This document shows, piece after piece, positions 8,948 through 16,431 of a stretch of 53,414 nt of DNA (within the stretch, counting starts at the first letter, position 1; each line of letters opens with the position of its first letter). The notes beneath the pieces are model-generated. The model had not been told where the DNA came from. It worked only from the letters and a program-made list of their open reading frames with translations, and searched no databases. The DNA lies in the IMG/VR virus record IMGVR_UViG_3300032117_002338, positions 1 to 53,414 of that record; one strand, written 5' to 3'. The DNA comes from a virus. Lineage: Duplodnaviria; Caudoviricetes. Made by a program: the position numbers and the translations under genes.

Positions 8948-9037
8948 ATGCAACACCTGAACAAAGACATGTTTAATATGGGTTTGGAACACATCGTCTG
9001 GTCGTATCAAGCGGCCAAGCGAGGAGGGTTTGCATGA
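8948..9037 (+). CDS. Putative leader peptide (29 aa) MQHLNKDMFNMGLEHIVWSYQAAKRGGFA
   Basis: AGAGGA RBS; lies between promoter and terminator; last codons form the antiterminator strand. Confidence 0.7.
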   Translation: MQHLNKDMFNMGLEHIVWSYQAAKRGGFA

Positions 9038-9104
9038 TGCTGTGATCAAGTATCACATCATTGGTTTGCTAAACCCTCGAAGGTAACTTCGGGGGTTTTT
9101 CTTT
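9024..9104 (+). promoter_or_regulatory. Putative attenuator (antiterminator/terminator pair)
   Basis: GAGGGTTT 9024-9031 complementary to AAACCCTC 9071-9078, which is also the 5' arm of the terminator. Confidence 0.65.
9071..9104 (+). terminator. Intrinsic terminator upstream of tRNA array
   Basis: AAACCCTCGAAG-GTAA-CTTCGGGGGTTT then TTCTTT. Confidence 0.85.
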
Positions 9105-9263
9105 GGGTTTACATGACAGGCCGCTGCTCCCTCGGCATAAGAGCAGCCCCCGACTAGTACGTGGTCCCGAACGGGACGTACAAGTGGTTTCAGCGGGGAG
9201 CATATGCGATGAGTATGTCTCATCACGGTCACATCGAGAGGTGTGCCTCTGATGACACGTATT

Positions 9264-9354
9264 GGGTCGTGCAATAAGGACAGGCTGGTGCCGTCGCCGC
9301 GCTGTAAACGCGGTCCCTTGAGGCAAGAGGTTCGATTCCGTCCACGACCCACCA
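9264..9354 (+). tRNA. tRNA-Tyr(GTA), atypical (enlarged D region, imperfect T stem)
   Basis: GGGTCGT/ACGACCC-A-CCA; CCGCG-CTGTAAA-CGCGG; long variable arm. Confidence 0.75.
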
Positions 9355-9401
9355 ATACAAGCAAGGGCAAGGTGATAAACCTGTAAGTCCCATGATATGA
9401 C

Positions 9402-9477
9402 GGGGCCTTAGCTCAGCTGGAAGAGCGTCTGCCTTGCACGCAGAAGGTCATCGGTTCGATCCCGATAGGCTCCACCA
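9402..9477 (+). tRNA. tRNA-Ala(TGC)
   Basis: Canonical cloverleaf, G3:U70, CCA. Confidence 0.95.
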
Positions 9478-9483
9478 AGACAC

Positions 9484-9558
9484 GCGATGTTCGACTATCG
9501 GTAAGGTCGCTAGCCTTTCAAGCTGGAAAGACGGGTTCGATTCCCGTACATCGCACCA
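9484..9558 (+). tRNA. tRNA-Glu(TTC)
   Basis: CTAGC-CTTTCAA-GCTGG; GGTTCGATTCC; CCA. Confidence 0.92.
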
Positions 9559-9560
9559 AT

Positions 9561-9636
9561 GCATAGCGAGCAAGTCTAGTGATTGCGCCGGTCTGAAAAA
9601 CCGGAGAACCAGGTGCGATCCCTGGGCTATGCACCA
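9561..9636 (+). tRNA. tRNA-Phe(GAA)
   Basis: CCGGT-CTGAAAA-ACCGG; GCATAGC/GCTATGC-A-CCA. Confidence 0.88.
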
Positions 9637-9637
9637 T

Positions 9638-9922
9638 TCATATATGCGGATCATCCAGCCAGCGTATGATGGCGAACTGCAGGTACAGCTTGGCATCCTC
9701 GGGTGTCATGTTGAACCATTCGCCCTTGAGCCGCTTGTGGTTGAGCTCCGCATGCAGCTTGCGTTCGAGGAGCCGCACGCGACCCTCTGGAACGGGCTCT
9801 GCGTGATGTATCCTGAGCCTGTTGGGATTGCCTGTCTGGAGAGTCGCGAGGCGTTTGGCAACATCCTTGCTGAATCCGATCTTCTGATAGCTCTCATCGG
9901 TGCCGATCACATATAGGAACAT
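9638..9922 (-). CDS. GIY-YIG/T5orf172-family protein
   Basis: FLYVIG...KIGFSKDVAKRLATLQTGNP...LKGEWF; TAAGTA 4 nt before ATG. Confidence 0.88.
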   Translation of the reverse strand: MFLYVIGTDESYQKIGFSKDVAKRLATLQTGNPNRLRIHHAEPVPEGRVRLLERKLHAELNHKRLKGEWFNMTPEDAKLYLQFAIIRWLDDPHI

Positions 9923-10020
9923 GTGATACTTATGACCGGCATGCATGGTTGATCCGGTGATTTTCCAAGGTTATCCGATCCGACGGTGGCTTAAATAAAG
10001 CTAGACATTTCGGGAGAAAT

Positions 10021-10785
10021 ATGATGATCGACCTTGATGCGGAGAAGGCCGCGGTGGACACGGTGAGGCGCTGCCAGAGGAACTGGGACCTGACCAATGG
10101 CATACCGGAGGAGCACATACAGCACTGGATATACATGGCCACGCATTCCCCTTCCAAGCAGGATGAGGGATACTTCAACCTATACGTGCTGACCGACAGG
10201 GAGCTGATAGATCGCATGGTCAAGCACACCTGGGGGCACACCATACCCGTGATACCAAAGGTGGTCAGGGGATTGGCCAGGAATCCGCAGATGGGAGCCA
10301 GCGCCTACTTCCTGTTCGCCAGCAAGGATCCGTCAACCGTCAGAACCTGCAAGCCCAACGGCGAGTGGGGCGATCCAACATACTATGGCCGAACCGTGCA
10401 GAACAAGTACACATCCATCGGATTGGCCATGGGCATGATAGCGCTATCGGCCGCCAACATGGGATATTCCACCGGGTTCAACAAGTGCCACGGCCAGGAC
10501 AACTCCCCCGATCACGGCATATGGCGCGAGACGCTGGGGTTGACCGAGGGAGAGAACATCGAGTTCGGGCTTGGCATAGGACACGGGCAGGAGGGTCGTG
10601 CCCACTACGAGACAGACGAGACCGAATTCCTTGTGGGTGTGCATCCCAGCCCAATGCATTCCGTGCACGATCAGAAGATACCATGGAATGGCGTCGAATA
10701 CGATAACCCCGTGAAGGCCATAGGGTACACCAATTTCAGCGAGATGTACAGAGACACCAAGGACATAAAGGTGTTTAGGTTCTGA
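10021..10785 (+). CDS. Nitroreductase-fold protein; paralog of 39590..40288
   Basis: RRCQRNWDL, HSPSKQ, IGLAMGMIALSAANMGYSTG pattern. Confidence 0.75.
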   Translation: MMIDLDAEKAAVDTVRRCQRNWDLTNGIPEEHIQHWIYMATHSPSKQDEGYFNLYVLTDRELIDRMVKHTWGHTIPVIPKVVRGLARNPQMGASAYFLFASKDPSTVRTCKPNGEWGDPTYYGRTVQNKYTSIGLAMGMIALSAANMGYSTGFNKCHGQDNSPDHGIWRETLGLTEGENIEFGLGIGHGQEGRAHYETDETEFLVGVHPSPMHSVHDQKIPWNGVEYDNPVKAIGYTNFSEMYRDTKDIKVFRF

Positions 10786-10803
10786 TCACCGGTGCGGGTT
10801 GAT

Positions 10804-11823
10804 TCATGGGATGCGTATGCCGTTGGCCACGCGGGCAGCCTCCAGCCTGTTCCCCAGATCCGCGATGGTGGGTTCAAGATCGGGAAGCATGCCGCGATCG
10901 ACCAGCGGTAGCACAGATCCAAGCACGGCTAGGTTCCGGTATGAATATGAATGTATCTCAGCCTTGTCTATGCGCGACAGCACGTCTGATCCGCAGTGGT
11001 CTAGGTCGAAGAAGAACCTATCGTAGTCGACGGTGGTGATGCGCGATGCGCAGTTGATCAGAGGCTTGGCATACCTGTAGTATGCGTTCCAGTCTGACAG
11101 CCAGGCGAACGATTCCAAATCTAGGTAACCGTAGAACAACCTGCCTGTGGCATACCTCTTGAAATCATCGACGGAATGCATGTCTCCGCCATTGTTGATG
11201 CAATGCGTGTGCCACTCCCATGAGAGTGGGGTGAACCTGATGTCGATGCCACCTATATCGCTTTCAAGCTGCTTGACCATGGACGAATAATCCTTGAAGC
11301 TTATCTCGCGAACCGTGCAGCAGTTAGACAGCAACTTGGCTATCAGCACCGGCTTGCCGTTGTAATCCCTGTTCAAGGAATCCTTGATCTCCAGCAGGGA
11401 GCAGGTTAACCTGCTCTGGGCATCGTTGGTCTCTATGCAGATCAGCTCGTCGGTGTGGTACGAATACACCGATTGGGTTATCAGGGGCATCTGATGTCCC
11501 ATGGACACCCTCAAACCGGTGGAGGTACCGCTGGTGAGCCTGCCGACGTCTCCCTCGTGCTTGGCGACCATGTAGCAGGCGTCTAGATCCAGGATTGATT
11601 CGCCGTCAGATCCCATGGTCACTATGTCCAATGACAGCTTGTGCCTGCGATCTACGATGTACTCATTGATCGAATCGTAGCGAACGCCATGGCCGGTGAG
11701 CTGGTATCCGATGAAATTACCCCCGGCTCCTGGTGGGAAGCATATGGTCGTGTCGAACTCATAGGCGCGATGTTTGAAATCCCTGAACAGGGGATGATCT
11801 TGCTTTAGGATGCCATCTATCAT
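10804..11823 (-). CDS. Hypothetical protein with P-loop/sulfotransferase-like N-terminal loop; paralog of 11926..12957
   Basis: TICFPPGAGGNFIGY; start MIDGILKQDHP 4 nt after TAAGTA. Confidence 0.75.
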   Translation of the reverse strand: MIDGILKQDHPLFRDFKHRAYEFDTTICFPPGAGGNFIGYQLTGHGVRYDSINEYIVDRRHKLSLDIVTMGSDGESILDLDACYMVAKHEGDVGRLTSGTSTGLRVSMGHQMPLITQSVYSYHTDELICIETNDAQSRLTCSLLEIKDSLNRDYNGKPVLIAKLLSNCCTVREISFKDYSSMVKQLESDIGGIDIRFTPLSWEWHTHCINNGGDMHSVDDFKRYATGRLFYGYLDLESFAWLSDWNAYYRYAKPLINCASRITTVDYDRFFFDLDHCGSDVLSRIDKAEIHSYSYRNLAVLGSVLPLVDRGMLPDLEPTIADLGNRLEAARVANGIRIP

Positions 11824-11847
11824 ACAGTACTTATGCGAGTGTTTAAT

Positions 11848-11923
11848 GCTCCCATCGTCTAGTGGCCTAGGACACCAGCCTCTCACGTTGGGTACACCGG
11901 TTCGAATCCGGTTGGGAGCGCCA
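11848..11923 (+). tRNA. tRNA-Glu(CTC)
   Basis: CCAGC-CTCTCAC-GTTGG; canonical T arm; CCA. Confidence 0.95.
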
Positions 11924-11925
11924 AC

Positions 11926-12957
11926 TCAGATCGAATCTATGCCATGTGATATCTTGGCATGGGCCAATCTATCCCTTATGCTTGATATCTCCGTCCGCAA
12001 CCGCAGCGCAGCATCATCCTCCACCAACGGTAGCACAGATTCAAGCATGGCCATGTTACTAGCGGAGTAGGAGTGTATGTCTCTCCTATCTATGCGGGAC
12101 AGAACGTTGGATCCGCAGTGGTCCAGATCAAAGAACAGGCTGTCATAGTCAACGGTGATCAACCTCGATGCGCAGGTGATGGATGCCTTGGACAGTTGGT
12201 AGGTTTCGCCGTCCCTGGAATGCTCGGCAGGCGGATCCTCGGCCATGTAATCTCCCAGCAGGTTGTTGGTCACGTATCTCCTGAGGCTGGGTATGGACAT
12301 CCTGTCAACGCCGTGGTTGACGCAGTTGGTGTACCACATCCAGAACATCGGAGTGTGCCCTATCTCCCAGGTGCGAGGTATCCCATGCCCGTCCAGATGC
12401 GCGTTGATGTTGTCCACCACATCGTCATAATCCCGCATCGCCACATCAGGTGGCATCGGGCATCTGTAGAGCATGTCGCTTATGGTTATGGGCCTAGCCT
12501 CCCTGATATCGGTCATGAACATCTTGTAGCATAGCAACGCACCTATCAGCCTGCATCGTTCGGATGGCATCTCGATGGTGATCAGCTCTTCGGTGTGATA
12601 GCCGTATATGCGTTGAGTCAACACGGGCAACCTGTGTCCCATGGATAGGCGAATGCCTGTGTTTGCCGCGCCGGAACCGCCTAGGGGGTTGTATCCATTG
12701 GCCATTATGGCATGGCATGCATCAAGGTCTATCACCGGATCGAGGTCATGGTTTATCAATGTCTCCAGGCTTAGCCAATCTATGTTGGCTGCCTTGTATT
12801 CGTTTATACCCTCCCATACCGCCCCTCCACCGGTGAGGCGGTATCCGAGGAAGTTGCCGCCGGTCCCTGGTGGGAAGCATATGGTGGCATCAAAGCTGGC
12901 TGACATGCCTTTGAAATCCCTGAACAGGGGGTGATCTAGGCTTAGGATCTCATACAT
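11926..12957 (-). CDS. Hypothetical protein with P-loop/sulfotransferase-like N-terminal loop; paralog of 10804..11823
   Basis: TICFPPGTGGNFLGY; shared FFDLDHCGSxVLSRID block. Confidence 0.75.
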   Translation of the reverse strand: MYEILSLDHPLFRDFKGMSASFDATICFPPGTGGNFLGYRLTGGGAVWEGINEYKAANIDWLSLETLINHDLDPVIDLDACHAIMANGYNPLGGSGAANTGIRLSMGHRLPVLTQRIYGYHTEELITIEMPSERCRLIGALLCYKMFMTDIREARPITISDMLYRCPMPPDVAMRDYDDVVDNINAHLDGHGIPRTWEIGHTPMFWMWYTNCVNHGVDRMSIPSLRRYVTNNLLGDYMAEDPPAEHSRDGETYQLSKASITCASRLITVDYDSLFFDLDHCGSNVLSRIDRRDIHSYSASNMAMLESVLPLVEDDAALRLRTEISSIRDRLAHAKISHGIDSI

Positions 12958-12986
12958 CGTGGGATCATCTCTGATATGGTTAAATT

Positions 12987-13060
12987 GGGCCGTTGGTTAA
13001 ACGGGATAACTTCGCCTCGGCAGGGCGACATCGGGGGTTCGACTCCCCCACGGTCCACCA
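12987..13060 (+). tRNA. tRNA-Ala(GGC) with C33
   Basis: G3:U70; TCGCC-TCGGCAG-GGCGA; CCA. Confidence 0.88.
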
Positions 13061-13067
13061 AATACAT

Positions 13068-13142
13068 GGGTGCGTGGCTCAGTGGTAGAGCACCTGCTCG
13101 ACACGCAGGAGGTTGATGGTTCGATCCCATCCGCACCCACCA
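13068..13142 (+). tRNA. tRNA-Val(GAC) with C33
   Basis: CCTGC-TCGACAC-GCAGG; CCA. Confidence 0.9.
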
Positions 13143-13147
13143 CGGCA

Positions 13148-13900
13148 TCAGTTGAACAGGTTGCGAAGGGCCCTGCCCACCAGCAGCTTGACCCTGCTGG
13201 CGAAACCAGGCTTATCCCGATCGATGCGCTGCAGCTCCTGATAGAATGAATAGGCGCGGGTGAGCAGCCTGTTGTACTGCTTCTGTCCCTTGCGGGTATC
13301 CCACTTGAACATGCGTGGCGACAGCTGATGCTTGGAGAATATCTCCTTTATCTCATGCTCCAGGAACCTGGGATCGATCTTGGCCTTGGACATGTCCATC
13401 AATGCCTGGCTGAACCTGGCGTTGATCTCCTCGTGGTATCTGACGTACTCGTCGTACTGGTCGCCGGTGACATCATCGCCCATCTGAGGCCTGGGCGGCA
13501 ACGCCTTGGTCCTGCTCTTGTAGTAGTCCAGGGCATGACGCAGCTCATGCACCAGCGTGCTCTCCATCTTGGAGCGCACGGTCCACTTGGCCTTGCCGAT
13601 CAGCCCGGCCACGTTGAGACCAATGGCGCTGTTTGCGGTATCATATTCACCTCGATGCCGCGGATTGTCCCTGTCGTTGAACATGTAGAATGAGGTCCCG
13701 TCCAACATGGAATGCACCACCGGAGATATGACGCTGGGAGAACGTTTGCCTGATATGTCCTCTAGGTCCTCGAGTGTGAGCGGACCCCTCCTCGGTTTCT
13801 TGGAGAGGATGCCGGCCACGTAGGACGCTATGTCCTGCAGCTCTCGCTCCTCTTGCACGGTCTCGTTTAGGATGTGGTCTGTGATCTCTGATATGCGCAT
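13148..13900 (-). CDS. HExxH zincin-like metalloprotein, late, possible head-internal protein
   Basis: LVHELRHALD...HEEINARF; starts MRISEITDHILNE 4 nt after TAAATA. Confidence 0.72.
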   Translation of the reverse strand: MRISEITDHILNETVQEERELQDIASYVAGILSKKPRRGPLTLEDLEDISGKRSPSVISPVVHSMLDGTSFYMFNDRDNPRHRGEYDTANSAIGLNVAGLIGKAKWTVRSKMESTLVHELRHALDYYKSRTKALPPRPQMGDDVTGDQYDEYVRYHEEINARFSQALMDMSKAKIDPRFLEHEIKEIFSKHQLSPRMFKWDTRKGQKQYNRLLTRAYSFYQELQRIDRDKPGFASRVKLLVGRALRNLFN

Positions 13901-13910
13901 CAAATATTTA

Positions 13911-13987
13911 CCCTGTCTAGTGTTAGTGGCAAAGCACGCGAGTTTGTGGCACTCGTAGGGCTGGTTCGAATCCAGCGGCAGGGACCA
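13911..13987 (+). tRNA. tRNA-His(GTG), no encoded G-1, A73
   Basis: CGAGT-TTGTGGC-ACTCG; CCCTGTC/GGCAGGG-A-CCA. Confidence 0.9.
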
Positions 13988-13997
13988 AAGATAACGG

Positions 13998-14025
13998 TTG
14001 ACGCATCCCACAGAGATGCTATTGT
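13998..14025 (+). promoter_or_regulatory. Internal sigma70-type promoter in tRNA region
   Basis: GTTGACG-16 nt-TATTGT with TGC. Confidence 0.65.
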
Positions 14026-14110
14026 AACCATGTAGACGCTGTTTGACATGGTTAATGACGACGATTGCTTCGGCAGGGCTGCATCGCAGCATACCCAAAA
14101 GGTAATAGCT

Positions 14111-14180
14111 GTAGGTTGGTCTTAACGGAAAAGGCGCCCGCTTTCCGGCGGGAGATGCGGGTTCGAATCCCAGCACCACG
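14111..14180 (+). pseudogene. Degenerate tRNA-like element (Gly/Glu-like loop, no CCA)
   Basis: CCCGC-TTTCCG-GCGGG 6-nt loop; GGGTTCGAATCCC T arm; poor acceptor stem. Confidence 0.5.
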
Positions 14181-14203
14181 ATGTGGCCCTGCCGAGGCAT
14201 ACG

Positions 14204-14360
14204 CTGTCGTTTCGCTTGCACAGGAGGCTGATGGTTGGGAGTAATTGACCCAAACCATGGATGGGTAGTCAGGTGAGAAGGTTCACCGAGAAGGTGTAAC
14301 CGAGGTTGGGTTCGAGTCCCATGATCCATGCTTGCTGTGCAAGCGTGACGGCAACGACAG
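14204..14360 (+). ncRNA. Candidate structured RNA with embedded T-arm
   Basis: 8-bp and 11-bp perfect end-to-end stems; internal TGGG-TTCGAGT-CCCA. Confidence 0.55.
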
Positions 14361-14367
14361 AGACGAC

Positions 14368-14442
14368 GGACTGGTAGCTCAAAGGAGGAGCAGGCCCCTC
14401 ATAAGGGCAAGGTTGAGATATCGTAATTCTCCCGGTCCACCA
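14368..14442 (+). tRNA. tRNA(CAT), Ile2 or Met
   Basis: GCCC-CTCATAA-GGGC; GGACTGG/CCGGTCC-A-CCA; atypical T loop ATCGTAA. Confidence 0.8.
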
Positions 14443-14494
14443 TTCGCCGGATTGCTAATCAGCGGTTTCTAGATCTGCTGAGGTGTTTACCGGT

Positions 14495-14525
14495 AGAGGA
14501 TCCCGACACCTCTATAAAAACGCGG
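14495..14525 (+). ncRNA. preQ1-I-like pseudoknot, copy 1
   Basis: AGAGG-ATCCCGACA-CCTCT-ATAAAAACG-CGG. Confidence 0.55.
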
Positions 14526-14534
14526 AGGAATCAT

Positions 14535-14610
14535 TCCCTGGTAGCTCAACTGGTAGAGCACCGCACTGTTAATGCGGGGGTTGCTGGATCGTACCCAGCC
14601 CTGGGAGCCA
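14535..14610 (+). tRNA. tRNA-Asn(GTT)
   Basis: CCGCA-CTGTTAA-TGCGG; G73, CCA. Confidence 0.92.
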
Positions 14611-14707
14611 ACATGCGCATTGCGACGGCATCACCGTCGCGTTAGCGGAGGGAACCACTCGGCTGTTGGACGCGAGTCCGGCAGGAGCCCTCCGCTGTTG
14701 ACACAAT

Positions 14708-14784
14708 GGACCCTTAGCTCAATTGGTTAGAGCAACCGCCTCTTAAGCGGTAGGTTCCCGGTTCGATCCCGGGAGGGTCTACCA
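14708..14784 (+). tRNA. tRNA-Lys(CTT)
   Basis: ACCGC-CTCTTAA-GCGGT; canonical. Confidence 0.95.
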
Positions 14785-14790
14785 ACACAT

Positions 14791-14865
14791 TGCCCGTTCG
14801 TCTAATCGGTAGGACACCTGACTCTGACTCAGGCAGTCGTGGTTCGAGTCCATGACGGGCAGCCA
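14791..14865 (+). tRNA. tRNA-Gln(CTG)
   Basis: CCTGA-CTCTGAC-TCAGG; canonical. Confidence 0.95.
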
Positions 14866-14870
14866 ACAAC

Positions 14871-14947
14871 GCCCCACTAGCCCAACAGGTAGAGGCGCCT
14901 GCTTCAGGTGCAGGAGGGTTCCCGTTCGAATCGGGAGTGGGGCACCA
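14871..14947 (+). tRNA. tRNA-Leu(CAG), short variable loop
   Basis: CCTGC-TTCAGGT-GCAGG; A73; CCA. Confidence 0.88.
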
Positions 14948-14972
14948 AATCTGACCAGTGCGGAGGTGATGT

Positions 14973-15512
14973 ATGATAGAGAAGCTGACCGATAGGGCTG
15001 GCAGGGCGCTGTACCTCATGCATCTGCTGAATCTCAACCGCGAGGATCGCATGCTGCGGTTCGCCGGCAACATGGATGGCGATGTCATAGTGGGCTACGT
15101 CAACAACATACCCGACACCGATCACCTGCTGGGTTATAGGTACGATGGGGAGCTGGTGGGGTTCGCCCACATCGGCTACATGGGAGATGGCAAGGCCGAG
15201 ATAGGCTTCAGCGTCGATTCGGAGGCCCGAGGCAAGGGCATAGGCGAGAGGCTGTTCAAGTACTGCGTGGACTTCTGCAAGCTCAAGGGGGTTGACACCA
15301 TATACACCTTCTGCCTGCCAACCAACGTCGCGGTGACGAGGATAGTGTCAAAGTCAGGCCTGAGCATCAGCAAGGATGAGCCGGGCACGGCATTGGCCAT
15401 AGATCAGCATCCAGACGTGTTGGCCTACTACACCGTCCTGGGGAACGAATACATGAGGAACATATACAACGTGAACCGCCACTTCATGCGGCCGTTGATG
15501 TTCGATCGATGA
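14973..15512 (+). CDS. GNAT-family acetyltransferase
   Basis: AEIGFSVDSEARGKGIGERLF acetyl-CoA motif; GGAGGTG RBS. Confidence 0.88.
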   Translation: MIEKLTDRAGRALYLMHLLNLNREDRMLRFAGNMDGDVIVGYVNNIPDTDHLLGYRYDGELVGFAHIGYMGDGKAEIGFSVDSEARGKGIGERLFKYCVDFCKLKGVDTIYTFCLPTNVAVTRIVSKSGLSISKDEPGTALAIDQHPDVLAYYTVLGNEYMRNIYNVNRHFMRPLMFDR

Positions 15513-16431
15513 ACCCATCCCTGGCCAAGCGCGACATCCTGGACACAGGCATGTCCATGCCAAGCTGGTGGCGTATGTGCTGCACCGGTATGTATATGGA
15601 TCCCAGATGGGGGAACAGAGCACCAAGCTTTTTCTCCATCGGCTTCCGCCAATGGTTGATGTTCTCATACCCCTCGTACTTGGGGCGGACGACCATGTCG
15701 GGCCACAGGCTGTGCAGGACCAATATCTTCTCGGGGCTGGTTGCGGTTGGCATGGCGGTCATGAAGTAGTCGGGATTGCGCAGCATGCATGCTATGAGAT
15801 CGATCTCTTGGTATGCCGCGAACAACTCAGGCGTGTCACTGAAGAAGTATGGGTAATGCACGGCGTGGTTGCGATGCAACCACTGCAATGGTGGTATGAG
15901 GTTGGTGTTCTTCTTCATGTGTATGCGGCGGTTGATGGTGGTGAATCCCTGCACTCCGCCACCGATGATGGCACAACCTCCGCTATCCTCGACGTGCTCC
16001 ATCAGAGCCAAGACCAGATATCTGTAGACACCGTTTGATTCGTACCCGTCGGCGCAGAAGCGACGGATGGCATCCTCCAGATAGGGGATGGGATCCACCT
16101 CCAACAGCTCATGGGCTATGCCCCGCTCGGTGCAGAAACGCTTGGCGTATCCTATGTCATGCTCGTTCGTGCCATCGGAGAAGCTGATGCTGAGCGCGGA
16201 GAAAGGTATGCCTTGGTCGTGGAAGGCCCTGGCGACGACCTCGCTGTCTATGCCGCCGCTCATGCACACTACCATGGGGCGTTTGGTTGATTCGGCTATG
16301 CGCCGTGCCTCCAGATATATCTCCTCCTTCCATGGCAGCAAAGGTCGGGTGATGGATCTAAAGCTGATGCCAAACCTATCCGCTATCGCAGCGGGGTTCC
16401 TGCCATCGAATCTGTAATCAAAGCATATCAT
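15484..16431 (-). CDS. PP-loop (adenine nucleotide alpha-hydrolase) ATPase-like protein
   Basis: VVCMSGGIDSEVV PP-loop motif. Confidence 0.75.
   Translation of the reverse strand: MICFDYRFDGRNPAAIADRFGISFRSITRPLLPWKEEIYLEARRIAESTKRPMVVCMSGGIDSEVVARAFHDQGIPFSALSISFSDGTNEHDIGYAKRFCTERGIAHELLEVDPIPYLEDAIRRFCADGYESNGVYRYLVLALMEHVEDSGGCAIIGGGVQGFTTINRRIHMKKNTNLIPPLQWLHRNHAVHYPYFFSDTPELFAAYQEIDLIACMLRNPDYFMTAMPTATSPEKILVLHSLWPDMVVRPKYEGYENINHWRKPMEKKLGALFPHLGSIYIPVQHIRHQLGMDMPVSRMSRLARDGFIDRTSTAA

Noticed and set aside
13901-14329. N-terminal extension of the 393-aa minus-strand ORF
   Set aside because: Overlaps tRNA-His and ncRNA-like elements; true start is likely ATG 13900 after TAAATA.
14871-14947. 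Selenocysteine/opal suppressor tRNA (TCA in loop)
   Set aside because: The 5-bp stem centres the 7-nt loop on CAG; no long acceptor or extra arm of tRNA-Sec.
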